From the NCBI RefSeq assembly GCF_009914755.1, contig NC_060934.1: a stretch of 64,000 bases of DNA; one strand, written 5' to 3'. Source of the stretch: the human T2T-CHM13v2.0 reference genome, Homo sapiens. The stretch's first letter is position 1. Every line of letters starts with the position of its first letter. Under the pieces are notes generated by a model. The model was not told the DNA's origin. It saw nothing but the letters and a program-made list of their open reading frames with translations, and ran no database searches. The position numbers and the translations under genes are program-made. Positions 31,697 to 47,009 of this stretch are shown piece after piece.

Positions 31697-32490
31697 TTTT
31701 GTTTTAACAATGATAAGCTGGTGGGTTAAAGGGCACTCATGAGGACAGTAGCCTTCAGTTAAAGAAGCAAATCACCAGGTTGAGGACATACTTCAAATAT
31801 CAAATTAGCCGGTTATGAATTGTCTGTGAGAAAAGTCACTTTTTAGGTGAAATGATTGGGTTCATCAAAGTTTAATCATATTCCACAAGTTGTTCGATGT
31901 TTTCTTGGGCAGATTCCACTCTTGCAGAACTGTACTGACTCTAAATACAGCTTATGAGGGGATTAAAAGCATATGCTCTCTCACACTCACAGGTGGTCGC
32001 ATTTTAAAGAACTGAACCGATGCCAAATACAGACAGCAATTTTTATGGGAGAGACAAACAGAGAGAAGAAAAGGAAAACCAAAAGACAATAAAAAGACGG
32101 GATACATCAGAGGATAAAAGGAGCTCATTTCCTGTAGAGGAACAAACTCCTTTCCTGTCTTCCTGTCTCACTCCCCCAACCAGGACAGCTCCTCTATCTA
32201 CAGCAGGCCCTAAGTCACACCTCCATTGACCTAATAAAAACTGGTTCCTATCACTTCTCTCTCCATTTGACTGCGTCTCTGGCATTCTACACTATCTTGA
32301 ACAATTTTTTCATCCACCTTGTAGTCATTTATTGAATGCCTCCATAGGCTTTAAGACAGAAGATGAGTCAAGGATGGTTTATCATCAAGGTCACAATTGA
32401 GTAAATGATTTCTACCTCTTGACTTTGAAGCTTGAGCCCAACAAGGCAGACCAGACTTCAACATCTTCCACCTTCACACAAACTTCCTAC

Positions 32491-33268
32491 TGAAACAGGA
32501 AATTTCCCCTGACCCCTTTGTGGGACTTGTGACGTGGGTGGCTTGTTTACTTATCCCACAGCTCCCAACTCCTCACGGGAAGGGGACCACACATGTGACC
32601 GGGCGCAGGGGCCGGGATGAAGGCTTCTGGGTGCCAGCAAGAGCAGAACTCTGTGCAGCCCTGCAGCAGCATCTGGAGGGTACCCTTGACCCCTGGACCC
32701 CCAGAGGGTGTGTGTTACAGTGTGCTCTTTTAGCTTTGCCATCCGTGGACAGCTTAGGTGTTTAACAGCTCAGTGTGACAACCCTCTGTATCCCGAGCTC
32801 TTGTTCGGTGTCCAGGAAGAATTGGGTCACACAAATGAGTTGAAGATGGTAAATTCAGGAGATTTTATTGCTGATGAAAGTGGCTGTCAGTGGGATGGAG
32901 AGCTGGAAAGGGAATGGAGTGGGAATGTGATCTTCTCCTGGAGTCTGGCCGTCCCCAGCTGAACTCTCTCTGAGATTCCGCCATCAAGCCGTCCCTCTGA
33001 AGTCAAGCTGCTTCTCACTGATGTTAAGCTGCTTCTTCTCTTCTCTCCTTCTTTGCTGCTCTGCTTCCAGTGAAGCCTGGGGTTCCTATGGGTACAGGAT
33101 GGGGGCATGGTGGGGGTCAGGATGGTTTTGGAAAAGGCAACATTCGAGCAGGAAAACAGGAATGCATGTTCTTGCTTTGGGCCACTGGTCCAGGCTTGAG
33201 GGTGGGTGAGCCTCTGCCAGGGACCCTACCCTCTTCTCCCAGTATTTCTCTGCCTCCTGCCCATATCA
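32491..33268 (-). mobile_element. ERV1 solo LTR, LTR27/LTR28/MER50-related
   Basis: Minus-strand start tgatatgggcaggaggcagagaaatactggg, end ggggaaatttcctgtttca; homologous to 37915-38714. Confidence 0.8.
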
Positions 33269-33564
33269 CCATCTATCTAATAACTAGATATTAGACTGAT
33301 TGTTGGACTGAACTATTTTCTCCCACTGTGATTATTATTATTTCTGTTCCCAAGATTTTCTGCACTGGACATCAAGTATTTGAATTGCGTCCTAGCATTC
33401 AACAAGGAAATGCTTTGCCTGCAACATGAAGTGTTAGAAATGTTCTCTCAAAACCTTCTCAGCCCTTGGGTTATATGAATCTGTGGATCGGGTCACCAAA
33501 ATTCAGAGTGAGGCCTTAGTGACTGAATCATTCGTTGATTCTATGCCTTTTTTTTTTCTTTTAC

Positions 33565-34068
33565 TATTGCTGATTTATTAGAAAGGATACTAGAAGGGAG
33601 GCAAATGAACAGCCAAATGAAGAGATGCATAAGACAAGGTACAGGAGATGGCATCCAGTGCTTCCATGTGCTCTATGGGTGCAATGCCCTCCCATCACCT
33701 CCTTGTGTTCAGCAACCTGGAAGTTCTCCCAGCCCAGTCCTTTGGGGGTTTTATAGAGGATTTATTACATAGACATGATGGATTAAGTCATTGGCCATTG
33801 GTGATCAACTCAGCCTTCAGCCTCTCTCCATTCCCAGAGGTACAGGGGAGGGAACTGAATACTCCAGCGGTTTCATCACAAGGTTGGTTTCCAGGCAACC
33901 AGCTGCCCATCCTGAGGCTACCCAGGATCCCCCAGCCATCAGTCATCCCATTAGCATACAAAACAGCATTTGTCACCTTGGAGAGGCCAAGTGTTTTAGG
34001 AGCTATGTGAGAGGAAACAGGGATTTAGACCAAATATATTATTTCTTATTATAAATCCCAATAACACA
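33565..34068 (-). mobile_element. MER21 (C-like) LTR, partial
   Basis: gatggattaagtcattggccattggtgatcaactcagccttcagcc; terminus tataaatcccaataacaca. Confidence 0.8.
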
Positions 34069-34340
34069 GTTGACCTCTGGTCTTGGAACAAGATCCCTTA
34101 GAGCAAAAGGATCATAAAAGTCAACAGACACTGGCACGTTCCTAGAATCCCATTCAGTCATTAATCATTAGTCCAGTCCATTTCATGTTATATGAAAATG
34201 TTTCCCAGGGAAAGGGCCATTTAGGTTTGCAGGCTTTCATTCTCTCAGTAAACACAGCTTCACCTTTTTGGGCATCTGGTGTAACGGAGCTAGGAGACAA
34301 TATCTTGTCTTGCTCTGAATCTCTTTTGAGACATTAACAT
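34069..34340 (-). mobile_element. Probable MER21 internal-region 3' remnant
   Basis: Abuts the LTR 5' end with a purine-rich PPT-like gaccagaggtcaac on the minus strand. Confidence 0.45.
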
Positions 34341-34721
34341 AATGGATGCTGACAGAAAACACAAGATTCCTGGGTCAGAGACAAAGGACTTTGTTACTCA
34401 CAACACAGTGTGTCTGTTCATTACCTCACCCACACTTAATTCCCATGGATATGAAGCAATGTGGGCCCAAGAGGAGACTGTGCACACAGTGGGATTGAGG
34501 AGAGGAGGTTCCTCACAGATGAGGAACACTATGCTTGGAGAACCCACTCCTTTTGCACAAAAGGAAAGCCATTTCATTGTCTGCAGAGAGATGTGACCTG
34601 AAGTCTAAGGATTGCTGGCTCCAAACACAACCCTGAGAACTGGCCTAGATAAAGAGCCACCTGGGCCTTGCACCCTGCATACACCCTGCAAGATCCATAG
34701 AAGCATGACAGTCTTTCTCAC
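34341..34721 (-). mobile_element. Old ERVL-type LTR (LTR40-like)
   Basis: agattcctgggtcagagacaaaggactttgttactcaca motif; family from memory. Confidence 0.5.
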
Positions 34722-34769
34722 AGAAGGCACATATTTCACATCTGGGGAAGGGGAATGTGAAAATAATTT

Positions 34770-35630
<861 letters not shown>

Positions 35631-35749
35631 ATTAAATGAATTAAATGAATCTTAATATTTTGGAATTTTGTTACGCATTTCTGTATGTGCCATTCTAGTA
35701 TCCTCTTCTCCTCAATGACAGGCTACATTGGAATCTGAGGCTGCATCAA

Positions 35750-35935
35750 GCTCTTACTATTCCCAGCACTGTGCTAGAGCTTTACATGAAGCATTCATTT
35801 CATCTTTACAACTCCATGAGGTAGGTTCTCATTTTGTGAATGTTGTAAGTGAGGTACAGAAAAGTTAAAACTAAGGTCACTCACATGGCAAAGTTGGATT
35901 TTTAATGCAGATCTGATTGACTTTAGAGCCCATTC
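35750..35935 (-). mobile_element. MIR
   Basis: cagcactgtgctagagctttacat, acaactccatgaggtagg, gactttagagccc. Confidence 0.7.
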
Positions 35936-36244
35936 ATTGTTAGGAAACTTCTCAAATACCAAATCATTAATCAGGTCCTGCAAGCATATATTTATGACCC
36001 TATCAATTTAAACACATTTCATACACTAAATAACATCTCCTTTCTTGGGTAGCCAAGACAGTCCTGGAAATATTCCTGGGTTTGCCACACAAGAATGCAA
36101 GCCACATTGTCATGTCGAGAGCTCTGGGGAAGTAAAATGGGTAGAGATTCTTGGAATGAAGAGGTGAGAGCCAAAAGCAGGTGGGAAAAGAGCAGGGAAG
36201 GTTCTGCCTCATCTTCCCCTCAGTTTGAGAATGAACATTGTTAG

Positions 36245-37303
36245 GTTCCTCAAAAAACTAAAAATAGAGCTACCATGTGATCAGCAATCCCACTTCTGGG
36301 TATGTACCCAAAAGATGAGAAATCGAGAAATCAGTCTTTCAGAGAGATATCTGCACTTCCATGTTTGTTGCAGCACTGTCTACAATAGCCAAGATTTGGA
36401 AGCAGCTTACGTGTCCATAAACAGATGAATGTGCTATGGTTTGGCTGTGTCTACCCCAAAATCTTATCTTGAATTGTAGCTCCCATAATTCCCATGTGTT
36501 GTGGGAGGGACCCGATAGGAGATAATTGAACCATGGGGGTGGTTTCCCCCATATGGTTCTTGTGGTAGTGAATAAGTCTCATGAGATCTGATGGTTTTAT
36601 AAGGGGAAACCCCTTTTACTTGCCTGTCACCATGTAAGACATGCCTTTGGCTTCTGCCATAATTGTGAGGCATCCCCAGCCATGTGGAACTGCGAGTCCA
36701 TTAAGCCTCTTTTTCTTTATAAATTACCCAGTCTCAGGTGTGTCTTTATTGGCAGCATGAAAATGGACTAATACAGAACGGATAAAGAAAATGTGGTACA
36801 TATACACAATGGAGTACTATTCAGCCTGAGACCCTGTCATCTGCAGCAACACGGATGGAACTGGAGATCATTATGTTTAGTGAAATAAGCCAGGCACAGA
36901 AAGACAGACATTGCATGTTCTCACTTATCTGTGGGATCTAAGTTAAAACAATTGAACTCATGGAGATAGAGAGTAGAAAAATGATTACCAGAGGTTAGGA
37001 CAGGTAGTTGGGGGGGGAGGGCACAGTGGTGAAGGGGAGGTGGGGATAGTTAATGAGTACCAAAAAATCAGAAAAAAATGACTAAAACCTAGTATTTGAT
37101 ATTGGCTATAGTCAATAATAATTTAATTATACATTTTAAAATAACTAAAAGTATAATTGGATTGTTTTTAACACAAAGTATAAATGCTTCAGGGGAGGGA
37201 CACCCACAATGTGATTATTTCACATTGCATGCCTGTATCAAAACACCTCATGTACTCCATAAATATATACATCTACTATGTACCCACAAAAATTTAAAAA
37301 AAA
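36245..37303 (+). mobile_element. 5'-truncated L1MA (MA2-like) interrupted by THE1
   Basis: 15-bp TSD aatgaacattgttag at 36230-36244 and 37304-37318; L1MA 3'UTR and A tail. Confidence 0.93.
36432..36775 (+). mobile_element. THE1C-like solo LTR inside L1MA
   Basis: tgctatggtttggctgtgtc ... ggactaataca; TSD gaatg/gaacg. Confidence 0.93.
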
Positions 37304-37914
37304 AATGAACATTGTTAGAGTCTAAATTCAAAAAATCAACTGAGTACCTGTATAACTCACAGTAAGGATGTGTGGAGACCAGAGCATGACTCGGCTGTTC
37401 AGGTCTACCTGTGAGTGGGGCCTGCCTGAGACTCTGGGCTTCCCATCAGGACAGTTCACAGATAATGGTGTTTCTACCACTGTGAGACAGATGGCATTCC
37501 TCGAAGGATTGTCCATAGAATCACCTAGGATGGGAATTAGAATTGTTATCAGAAAATGGGGTTGATATTAAAATAGGAAAGTAACAGCTTGGTGCTTGAC
37601 ACTGGGAAGGTAAAGTGGGGCATTGTAACAGAAGCATGGGGGCACCAATGAAGAGTGGGACAGGGTCAGATGTGTCTGGGTGGGGAAAGGGTGATGTCCT
37701 GAAGTGCTGGGCATCTATCCACAGAGTCCTTCAAGGGCCAAGGTCCCTCCTCTCCATGTCCAATCTACAGACTTATCATTACACATATCTTTGTTTAATA
37801 AAATTCTGTACTGCTACATTTTTTACTGGGATGTACAGGTATGTGGGGTAGAGGGGATGACAAATTCTGCCTGTATACCTAGAAGTACTTCGAGAGGCTA
37901 CACTCAGCAACAAG

Positions 37915-38714
37915 TGATAGGGACAGGAGGCAGGGAAATTCTAGGCAAAAGAGGGCGGGCCTCTAGTGAGGGCCCCACCCTCAAGCCTGGAACCATGGCT
38001 TAAAGTGAGAACATACATTCCTGTTTTCCCACTCCAAAGCTGCCTTTTCCAAAACAACCCATGGCCCACCCCACCCTTCATCTTGTGCCCATAAAAACCC
38101 AAGGCTCCAGAGGCAGAAAAGAGGAGAAGAGGAGAAACAGCTGGATGTCAGAGACTACAGTCCAGGAAAAGCGGCTTGACTTCAGAGGGACAGCTTGACG
38201 GGGTAGCTCTGGGGGAAGAATACCGTCCTGCTTCATCCCCTTTCCAGCTCCTCTTCCCACTGAGAGCCACTTTTATCAGCAATAAAATCCTCTACATTCA
38301 CCACCCTTCAATTGGTTCATGTGACCTGATTTTTCCTGGACACTGAACAAGAGCTCAGGTACCACAGGTGTGGGTACAAAAGGCTGTCACACTGAGCTGT
38401 TAATACTTAAACCATCTGCGAATGGCAGAGCTAAAAGAGCACTGTAATACACACCCTCTAGGGCTTCAGGCATTGTGGGAACCCCCTTAGATGCTGCTGC
38501 AGGGCCGGTATGAAGTCCATTTCTGCCATTACCCAAAAGTACTTGCCCTGGCTCCTGCACCCACTCACTTGTGTGCTCCCTCCCAGGAGGGGTTGAGCAC
38601 AGTGGGTTCAAGTGAATGAAGTTTACCCCTGAAGGCACCAAAGTGGCTGGCTAGCTACAGCACCTACACTCCAGCTTCTGCCCACGAAGGAGTCAGGGAA
38701 AATTTCCTGCTTCA
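37915..38714 (+). mobile_element. ERV1 solo LTR, LTR27/LTR28/MER50-related
   Basis: tgataggggacaggaggcagggaaattc ... gggaaaatttcctgcttca; perfect 4-bp TSD caag; cataaaa and aataaa signals. Confidence 0.85.
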
Positions 38715-39034
38715 CAAGGATATTGTTCAAACTAAAGATTTGGCTTCTCAAGGAAGAGTGCAACTGAAACAAGCTTACTTCAGTATGCACACACTTGTTT
38801 AAGCATTGAGGCACACAAAGATAAAAAATGACACACACATATCAATTCAGTTCCAATCATCTGAAGTATCTAGAAAGAACTTCTCCCTCTCAGGTGAACT
38901 CACCATGCTGTCCTACCCCTTGTTCATCATTCCACTATAATTGTGGGACACTCCTTGTGTGGATGCTTGCTCCAATCTGCTTTCTAGGTTTCCGATTTCC
39001 TAGGCAGAGGACATTGACAATATAGAATCACTTT

Positions 39035-39380
39035 ATTTTTATTTTATTTTATTTATTTTATTTTATTTTAGAGACAGGGTTTCACTCTGTTGCCCAGGCA
39101 AGAGTGCAGTGGCGTGATCGTAGCTTACTGCAGCCTCGAACTCCTGGGCTCAAGTGATCTTCCCACCTCAGCCCTGCCCCCCACCCTCACCCCCCAGTAA
39201 CTGAGACTACAAGTGTGCACCATCATGCTAAGCTATTTACTTATTTAATTACTTATTTATTTTTAGAGATGGAGTGTTGCTATATTGCCCAGGCTGGTCT
39301 TGAACTCCTAGCCTCAAGTAATCCTCCCACCTCAGCCTCTCAAAGTGTTGGGATTACAGGTGTGAGCCTCCACACTCAAA
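39035..39380 (-). mobile_element. AluJ
   Basis: (TTTTA)n tail and J-type motifs. Confidence 0.92.
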
Positions 39381-39695
39381 CTTACAACCACTTTAGAAGT
39401 TGTATTTTAATGTTGCAGCAAGTAAAGCTAGAATATAAAGCCATATAGATCTTTGGGGACATTTTAGTTACTTTCCATTCTTTTTTTTTACATTTTACGA
39501 CATGAGAAATAGATTCAGTTATTAGCATCAAGTGCTAAGGACCAAAATAGAAGATAAGTACCTTTACCCACCTTTATTTGGACTCACTGACATTACTGGA
39601 TAGCAGTTTAGGGTTAATAATTGGTAAATTACATCATTAATCATGAGAAAAGCTCATTTATGGTTGAGAGGAGTCTCCATGTACGGAACACTAAA

Positions 39696-39985
<290 letters not shown>

Positions 39986-40629
39986 GAACACCAAATTTTT
40001 TTAACACTGTATTCTCACGTGCACATGTCAATGAAAAAAATAATGAGTTAGCAATATACCACAGGACAGCCGAAGGACAGATTGTAAACAGTAACAGAGG
40101 CACAGGAATTTACAACCAGAGGCTATCACCTTATTACTAGTCATACCCATTGCTGCCTGCCATAGGATCTGCTTAAAATACTTTATTGCAAATTCCAAAT
40201 TATAATTACCAATTATTTATTGCCTGGTTCAGGGATTATAGATTTTAAAAAACTTTGAATGATTAAATAATGCCTAGAAAACCTGTCTCAAAATTTTACA
40301 CTCTATTATTTAAAAAAAAAAAAAGAAAAACACCTGAATTTATGAAGGGAGAAAACCCAGAAGATGTAGATGACTGTAGCTTCCAAGTCAAATCATAATT
40401 TGGTGTTATGTGCTATGTTAATTTCAGTTTTCCTACAGAAGAGTAAGGCTAATTGAAGGTTTATCTGACATTTCTTCTCTCAGTGCTGTGAATTCTATCC
40501 GTTGCCATTTTTCTCTGACAAATTGATGCACACCATTACTCTTGGAGCACACTTGGAGGCAGCTGCTTCAGCAGAAGTTACCTTTTGCTGAATTCCACAG
40601 ATTGAACCAGCTATCCATTAGAGAAGACA

Positions 40630-40800
40630 GCTTTGGCCTGGAATTCAGTAGATGGGTGTCTAGTCTCAGCTTCTCCACCAGCTTGCTGTGTGACCTTGAA
40701 GAAGTCATCACCCCTCGGGACCAGATTTTTCCCATCTAATTTTAGAAGGTAGCAGGAGATGGTCTCTGGGGTACCCTCCAGCCTTAATCTGATGGTCTGT
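40630..40800 (+). mobile_element. MIR/MIR3
   Basis: Core gctgtgtgaccttgaagaagtca ... ttttcccatct. Confidence 0.65.
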
Positions 40801-41181
40801 GGTTATAGGAGAGAAATGTAGCCATGGTGAGAATAGAGAAAAAAGATGAGTTGTCTGAAAGGAAACTGGTTCAAGCTAAAAATTCAGGCCAGCAGTGGGA
40901 TCCAAAAAAATGGCAGGTAGCAGGATTTCCAGTGCCTGCTTTTTGGTTTCATAGTTCCTATCTCAGGTCTTGGAAAACCAACATCTCCAGGCAGTCGCTT
41001 TTCCATTTTGGCATCCTCTGACTCCAAGTCAGCCCTGAGACCAAACATTTGCTGCTAGTGCCCTGGTGAGGGACCCCCAGAGTCTGCACCTCCTCTTTCT
41101 TCCCATTTCCCTTTCTCTCTCATGTTGACATACCCATAGCATGAAAAATGAAAAGGCTAAATGCACAGAAGCACTAACTTC

Positions 41182-41583
41182 CATGTTCTCACTCATTCAC
41201 AAAACCTAAACATTAAAACAATTGAACTCATGGAGGTAGAGAGTAGAATGATGGTTACCAGAGTCTGAGAAAGGTAAGGGGTACGGGGGGAGTGGAGATG
41301 GTTAATGGGTACTAAAATATAGTTAAGAGAATGAATAATATCCAGCATTTTATAACACAACAGGGTGACTGCAGCCAACAATAGTTTATTGTACACTTTA
41401 AAACAAGTAAAAGAGTATAACTGGAATATTTGTAACACAGATAAATGATAAACGCTTGAGGTGATGGATAGCCCGTTTACCCTGATGTGATTATTACACA
41501 TTGTGTGCCTGTATCAAAATATCTCATGTACCCCATAAATATATACACCTACTGTGTACTCATAATAAACTAAAAATTAAAAA
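41182..41583 (+). mobile_element. L1MA 3'UTR fragment
   Basis: catgttctcactcatt, agagtagaatgatggttaccagag, catgtaccccataaatatatacacctac. Confidence 0.9.
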
Positions 41584-44221
41584 GAATGAAGAGGTAGAGA
41601 AAAAGTAAAGAGAATTTATGAATATGTAGCAACAAAATAAGGAAGATGAAGGACAACCCACTTCACAAAGGAATCCTAAGCAGAGTTTACCAAAAGGATG
41701 ACTTCAGATAGATATAAGATGCCCCACATCTAGCTAATGGATAATCTTGGAAAATATGGAAAGGAGAAGTAAGGGTTCCATAAGCAGACGGCTGGCTTGG
41801 CCATTCCCAGGAAGGATTGAATAAATCAAGAAATGGGGGTTAAAAAATGCTGAAACCAGGAAGAGACTATATTACCAACTCCCACGGGAAGAAGCCACAG
41901 TCCTGTGCTGGCATTATTCCAATCCGACGAGTTGGGGCATCAGAAAGCCATTCCAGAGGGAACACTCCCCAGGGTCAGATGACTGGGCTGGGCCGCATGA
42001 CTTAACACGTCCTTCCTTGCTAATCTATTTTGGTGCGTGGGTGGAAGCCACAGCAGCTATGGCCCAAGGGCTCCAAGAACAGGAATCACATCGGTGAAAT
42101 TACTCAAGTTGATATTAGTTGGACATTGGTTTAGGGGAATAGCATCATAAATTGCTAGTTTTGGCAAACGGTATAGTGGGATACAGTGTGTTTTCCTCGT
42201 GGACACCCAAGGTTTTCATCGCCATAAAAGCAAAAGCCACTTCTCAGTAAGCACATTTCATAACATGGAGGTCCTCATGGGATTTTCAGGTGGGTAAAGT
42301 GGTACGTGTTGGGAAGGGGAGCATTTCATATTCCATCCATCAAGCTAAACAGAAGAATGTAACAGAAATGGTTCTGACCTAGTTAGCATGAGGAGAATAT
42401 TCCAACCAAGACCCCAGCTGCTTCCATAGGCCTCTCCAGTCCAGCTGGAGGGGGTGACAGACTGCAGTTGGAGCAGCCTGGTCCCCTCCATGGCAAACAG
42501 CTCCTGGGAGTGTCCTGCTAAGAAGAGGTAGGACACTGGTAGGAATCAAAGAACAATGATGCTTACTGGAGCCCCTCCAAATGTATTCCTGTTTCTCCCA
42601 GAGGACACTACCCTGTCACCCAGGAGAGTCACTTCTTTTAGAGGAGAAGACCTCCCACTGTAATGTAAAACAGATTTGCAAGTTTTCTGCTCCAAAACTG
42701 CAGCACCAAAGAAAATAGCGACCAAAGTTAAACTATGCAGGCAGCAATGCAGTTTCAGGTCACCCACTCAGGTCAATCCATTTCACTGGACTCCTGAAAA
42801 CGGATTCCTCATTCCTGAAATGAATTTTTCTATTGCTGCTGTGAAGCAAGTCAGTTCCTAGCTAACAAGAATTCAAGATTCATTTTCTCTGCAGTTTCTA
42901 AGCAAGCTCTACCTGATGGAGTTTTGAAATTCCAACAACCTTTTCTACAAGAATAGGGTGTCCTCCAGGATAAAACTTGACCTCCTTCTTAAACAGCTTA
43001 GATCCTAATCAAAGATTATAAGATTATATAGAGGCTATAAAAGAATAAAGTTCCCTCCCTAAAAATCCAAACTTGTGGCCTGGTAACAACATTTTAAAAA
43101 ATCAGTGGCTATTTAAAGTTAGTCCTGGGTTCATTAGAGTTTCAATACCATACCTATTACTGAGCTGATGACAGGTGGGGATTTTACAGAAATCAGTGGA
43201 TCCAATTAGCACCAGGGGTCCATAAGTCAGGCACTTCCAGGCTACAAATTATTGGTGACATTTCTAAGCATAGATTGACAGTTGAATCCAGGACAGCTTT
43301 CTCTATACCTTTGAAGCATTATTAGGGAGAAAATACCCTACCCAAGTTTTCTAATCTACTGTATTAAAAAGAGAGCTTCCTAAGAATTTTATTATCACAC
43401 CAGTCCATATTGCTCAGGTGACTGGTACATGCTTACTTTAATGAACCCAAAACAGGCTTGCTAGTGCTGTTTACATTTTATACTGTTAGGAACAGACATC
43501 GGCAGGCAACTAGATTGTGTAAAATTCATTATCGTGATAAGATTATAAAGTTGTTGGTTAGTAATTGAGTAGATTCTCCTGTCCCTGTAAAATTTCAGAA
43601 CCCTGTCTTGCAATAAAGGAGTTAGAGTCCACTTCTGTTTTAAACTTGTCATTCTCAAACTGTTCCCGTAAAACAATAGTGCTCTATAAGCCGTGTCAAA
43701 ATATCCTGCAAATAAAATCCAAGGATATCAGACACAAACAAGTCCTGGGAAGAATATTGAGTTAATGACCGTCAAGCTGGTTTTCCAACATATATTTTTC
43801 TTACACCCTCGGTGTTTGCTCCCACGTGTCTGTTAGAATACCACTGGCAGATGACAAAATAGAAGAACAAATAGCAAATGATCAGATGAAAACTCAGTAA
43901 CTGAGGATCCTGCTGCTTCAACAGTCTGTTTCTTTTCCCATATATCTGTGTGTTCATGGCTGTGGTTTTATATCATAAATATATAGCATGCTCCCATTAA
44001 GTTTTGCAATTTTTCAGAAGAGGAGGGGTGTCTCGCACACAGCTCAGTTGACTCTAAAAATATGTGTCTACCTCAAGAGAGGAAAAATAGCACATGCATA
44101 TTCTAAACACTGCTCTGGGACTGTGGCTTTTAACTCATTGCCTCTCAGTAGCAAGCGAAGGTCAGTTGAGAAAAACAAGGCTGAACGATATGTAGTTCAT
44201 CCCTTTCTCAATCATCTAAAG

Positions 44222-44505
44222 CAGAAGTAAATTTTATCTGTAAAGACCAGATAGTAAAAACTTTAGCCTTTGTGGGCCACGTGGTTTCTGCCTCACCTGT
44301 TCAACTCTGCTGTTGTAGCAAAAATGCAGGCATAGACATTAAAATAAAGGAATGTGATGTATGCCAACAAAACTTTACTTACAGACAACAGAAATTTGAA
44401 TTTTATATAATTCTCACACATCATGAAATATTATTCTTTTTTTCAACCACTAATTTAAAAAAAAAAATCATATTTGATTCACAGGCCATAGTTTGCCAAC
44501 CCCTG
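44222..44505. mobile_element. MER58B-like hAT MITE
   Basis: ctgtaaagaccagatagtaaa ... tttgtgggcca; terminus ggccatagtttgccaacccctg. Confidence 0.82.
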
Positions 44506-44540
44506 TCCTAAATTCTAGATGCTTTAAAATGCATCCTTGG

Positions 44541-44945
44541 TGTCTCAGCTTTCTGTTGCTTATAAGACCACATATGAAACTGGGTAACTTATTTTAAAAA
44601 TGAATTTATTTCTTATAGTTATGAAGGCTGAGAAGTCCAGTGTTGAGGGGCTGAGTCTGGTGGGGGCCTTCTTGCTGATGCAGACTCTCTGCAGAGTTTC
44701 CAGGCAGCACAGGGCATCACGTGGTGAGGGTGCTGGCTCAGGTTCCTCTTTCTTCTTCTTATGAAGCCACCAGTTCCCCTCCCTTGAAAACTCATCAATC
44801 TATTAACCTATTAATCCATTAATCAATTAATCAGAACCTTCATGACCCACCCAATCACCTGTTAAAGTCTCCACCTCTCTACTGCCACACTGGGGACTAA
44901 ATTTCAACATAAGTTTGGGAGGGGACAAACATTCAAACCATAACA
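44541..44945 (-). mobile_element. MST (C/D-like) MaLR solo LTR
   Basis: aggctgagaagtcca, terminus ggggacaaacattcaaaccataaca. Confidence 0.85.
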
Positions 44946-45504
44946 TGACTATTGGAGAACTGAGCACCTGGACTTTCTCATTTTGACCCTTCACCAAGTT
45001 ACATTCGCTGAATTGGTTTTGCCACGTTACCATCAAATCGCACAAAGGGAGGTATATGAAGCAGCAAATGAACCTCGTGATTGGGTTTACTGTGAAGATG
45101 CCACCAGAGCATCACACAATGTGTTTCAGGGTGGACAATTTCTCTCCGGTCGTGATCACAGGAATGGTTGTACTCCTGGGAAAATGGCTTATCGAAAAGA
45201 ATCAGAACACTGATCACTCTCCCTCTTTTCATCTGCTAGAAAGTTCACAGGCCAATTTACTCAGGTCTAGCAAATATATGGGATTGCATAGCATATGTTC
45301 TGTGTAAATATACCCCACCTTTATCTTAGTTTTCCAGCCTAATTTTTTCCTTTATAATGCATTCTTCACTTTTTAAGTATTATTGCATTGCATGAATTTC
45401 AGTAATTAGCTTAATAAGGCAGGATACAAATAAAATAATACAAGTAAAATATACACTTTATGCTCATGTTTCTGTACTTAAGATTGTTGGCAATTTATTA
45501 ATGA

Positions 45505-46044
<540 letters not shown>

Positions 46045-46094
46045 TGAGTGAAGTGGAACTGAGAAGTGGGTACAAAGGCCACCTGAAGACACTG

Positions 46095-46232
46095 AAGACC
46101 ACTGGGAGTGCTCTTTAAAATGACAGGTTTCCAGGCTCTGTATCTACTTCTCTCCAGCACTGAGCATGGGAATCTGCATTTTAAATGAAATCCTTGGGGG
46201 ATTCTTTGAAACAGTAAAAGTTGAGCAACAAC
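46095..46232. mobile_element. MER5-like remnant
   Basis: gggaatctgcattttaa ... ggggattct motif. Confidence 0.5.
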
Positions 46233-46324
46233 ATTCAAGAGCCCTGCTAAGGGACAATTTGAAAAACACTTTCAGGCAATAGCACTCAGTACTGGGGAAT
46301 TTGGAGAGGGTGGGGCTTTGGTGG

Positions 46325-46456
46325 GTTCTTGGTGTAAAGGCAGAGGCACATGGTGATGAACACAGGCTCCCTGGACTTCTGGGTTTGAATCCTGGTTCTG
46401 TTGGTTAGTAGCTATGTAAACATGAGCAAGTCACTGAAGCTTCCTCTAAGTACTTT
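46325..46456 (+). mobile_element. MIR fragment interrupted by MER41A
   Basis: ctgggtttgaatcctggttctg ... tagctatgtaaacatgagcaagtcact. Confidence 0.7.
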
Positions 46457-47009
46457 TGTCAGAGGCGTGTGAACCAGAGCAACTCCATCTGGAGTAGGGG
46501 CTGGGTAAAATGAGGCTGAGACCTACTGGGCTGCATCCCCAGATGGTTAAAGCATTCTAAGTCACAGGATGAGTTAGGAGGTCGGCACAAGATACAGGTC
46601 ACAAAGACCTTGCTGATAAAATAGGCTGCAGTAAAGAAGCCGGGCAAAATCCACCAAAACCAAGATGGTCACGAGAGTGACCTCTGGTCGTCCTCACTGC
46701 TGCACTCCCATCAGTGCCGTGACAGTTTATAGATGCCATGGCAACATCAGGAAGTTACCCTATATGGTCTAAAAAGGGGAGGCATGAATAATACACCCCT
46801 TGTTTAGCATATCATCAAGAAATAACCATAAAAATGGGCAACCAGCAGCCCTCAGGGCTGCTCTGTCTATGGAGTAGACATTCTTTTATTCCTTTACTTT
46901 CTTAATAAACTTGCTTTCACTTACTCTGTGGACTCACCCTGAATTCTTTCTTGCACGAGATCCAAGAATCCTCTCTTGGGGTCTGGATTGGGGCCCCTTT
47001 CCTGTAACA
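46457..47009 (+). mobile_element. MER41A ERV1 solo LTR
   Basis: tgtcagaggcgtgtgaaccagagcaactccatct ... ccctttcctgtaaca, 553 bp; A-type junction aaaaaggggaggcatgaataat. Confidence 0.92.
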
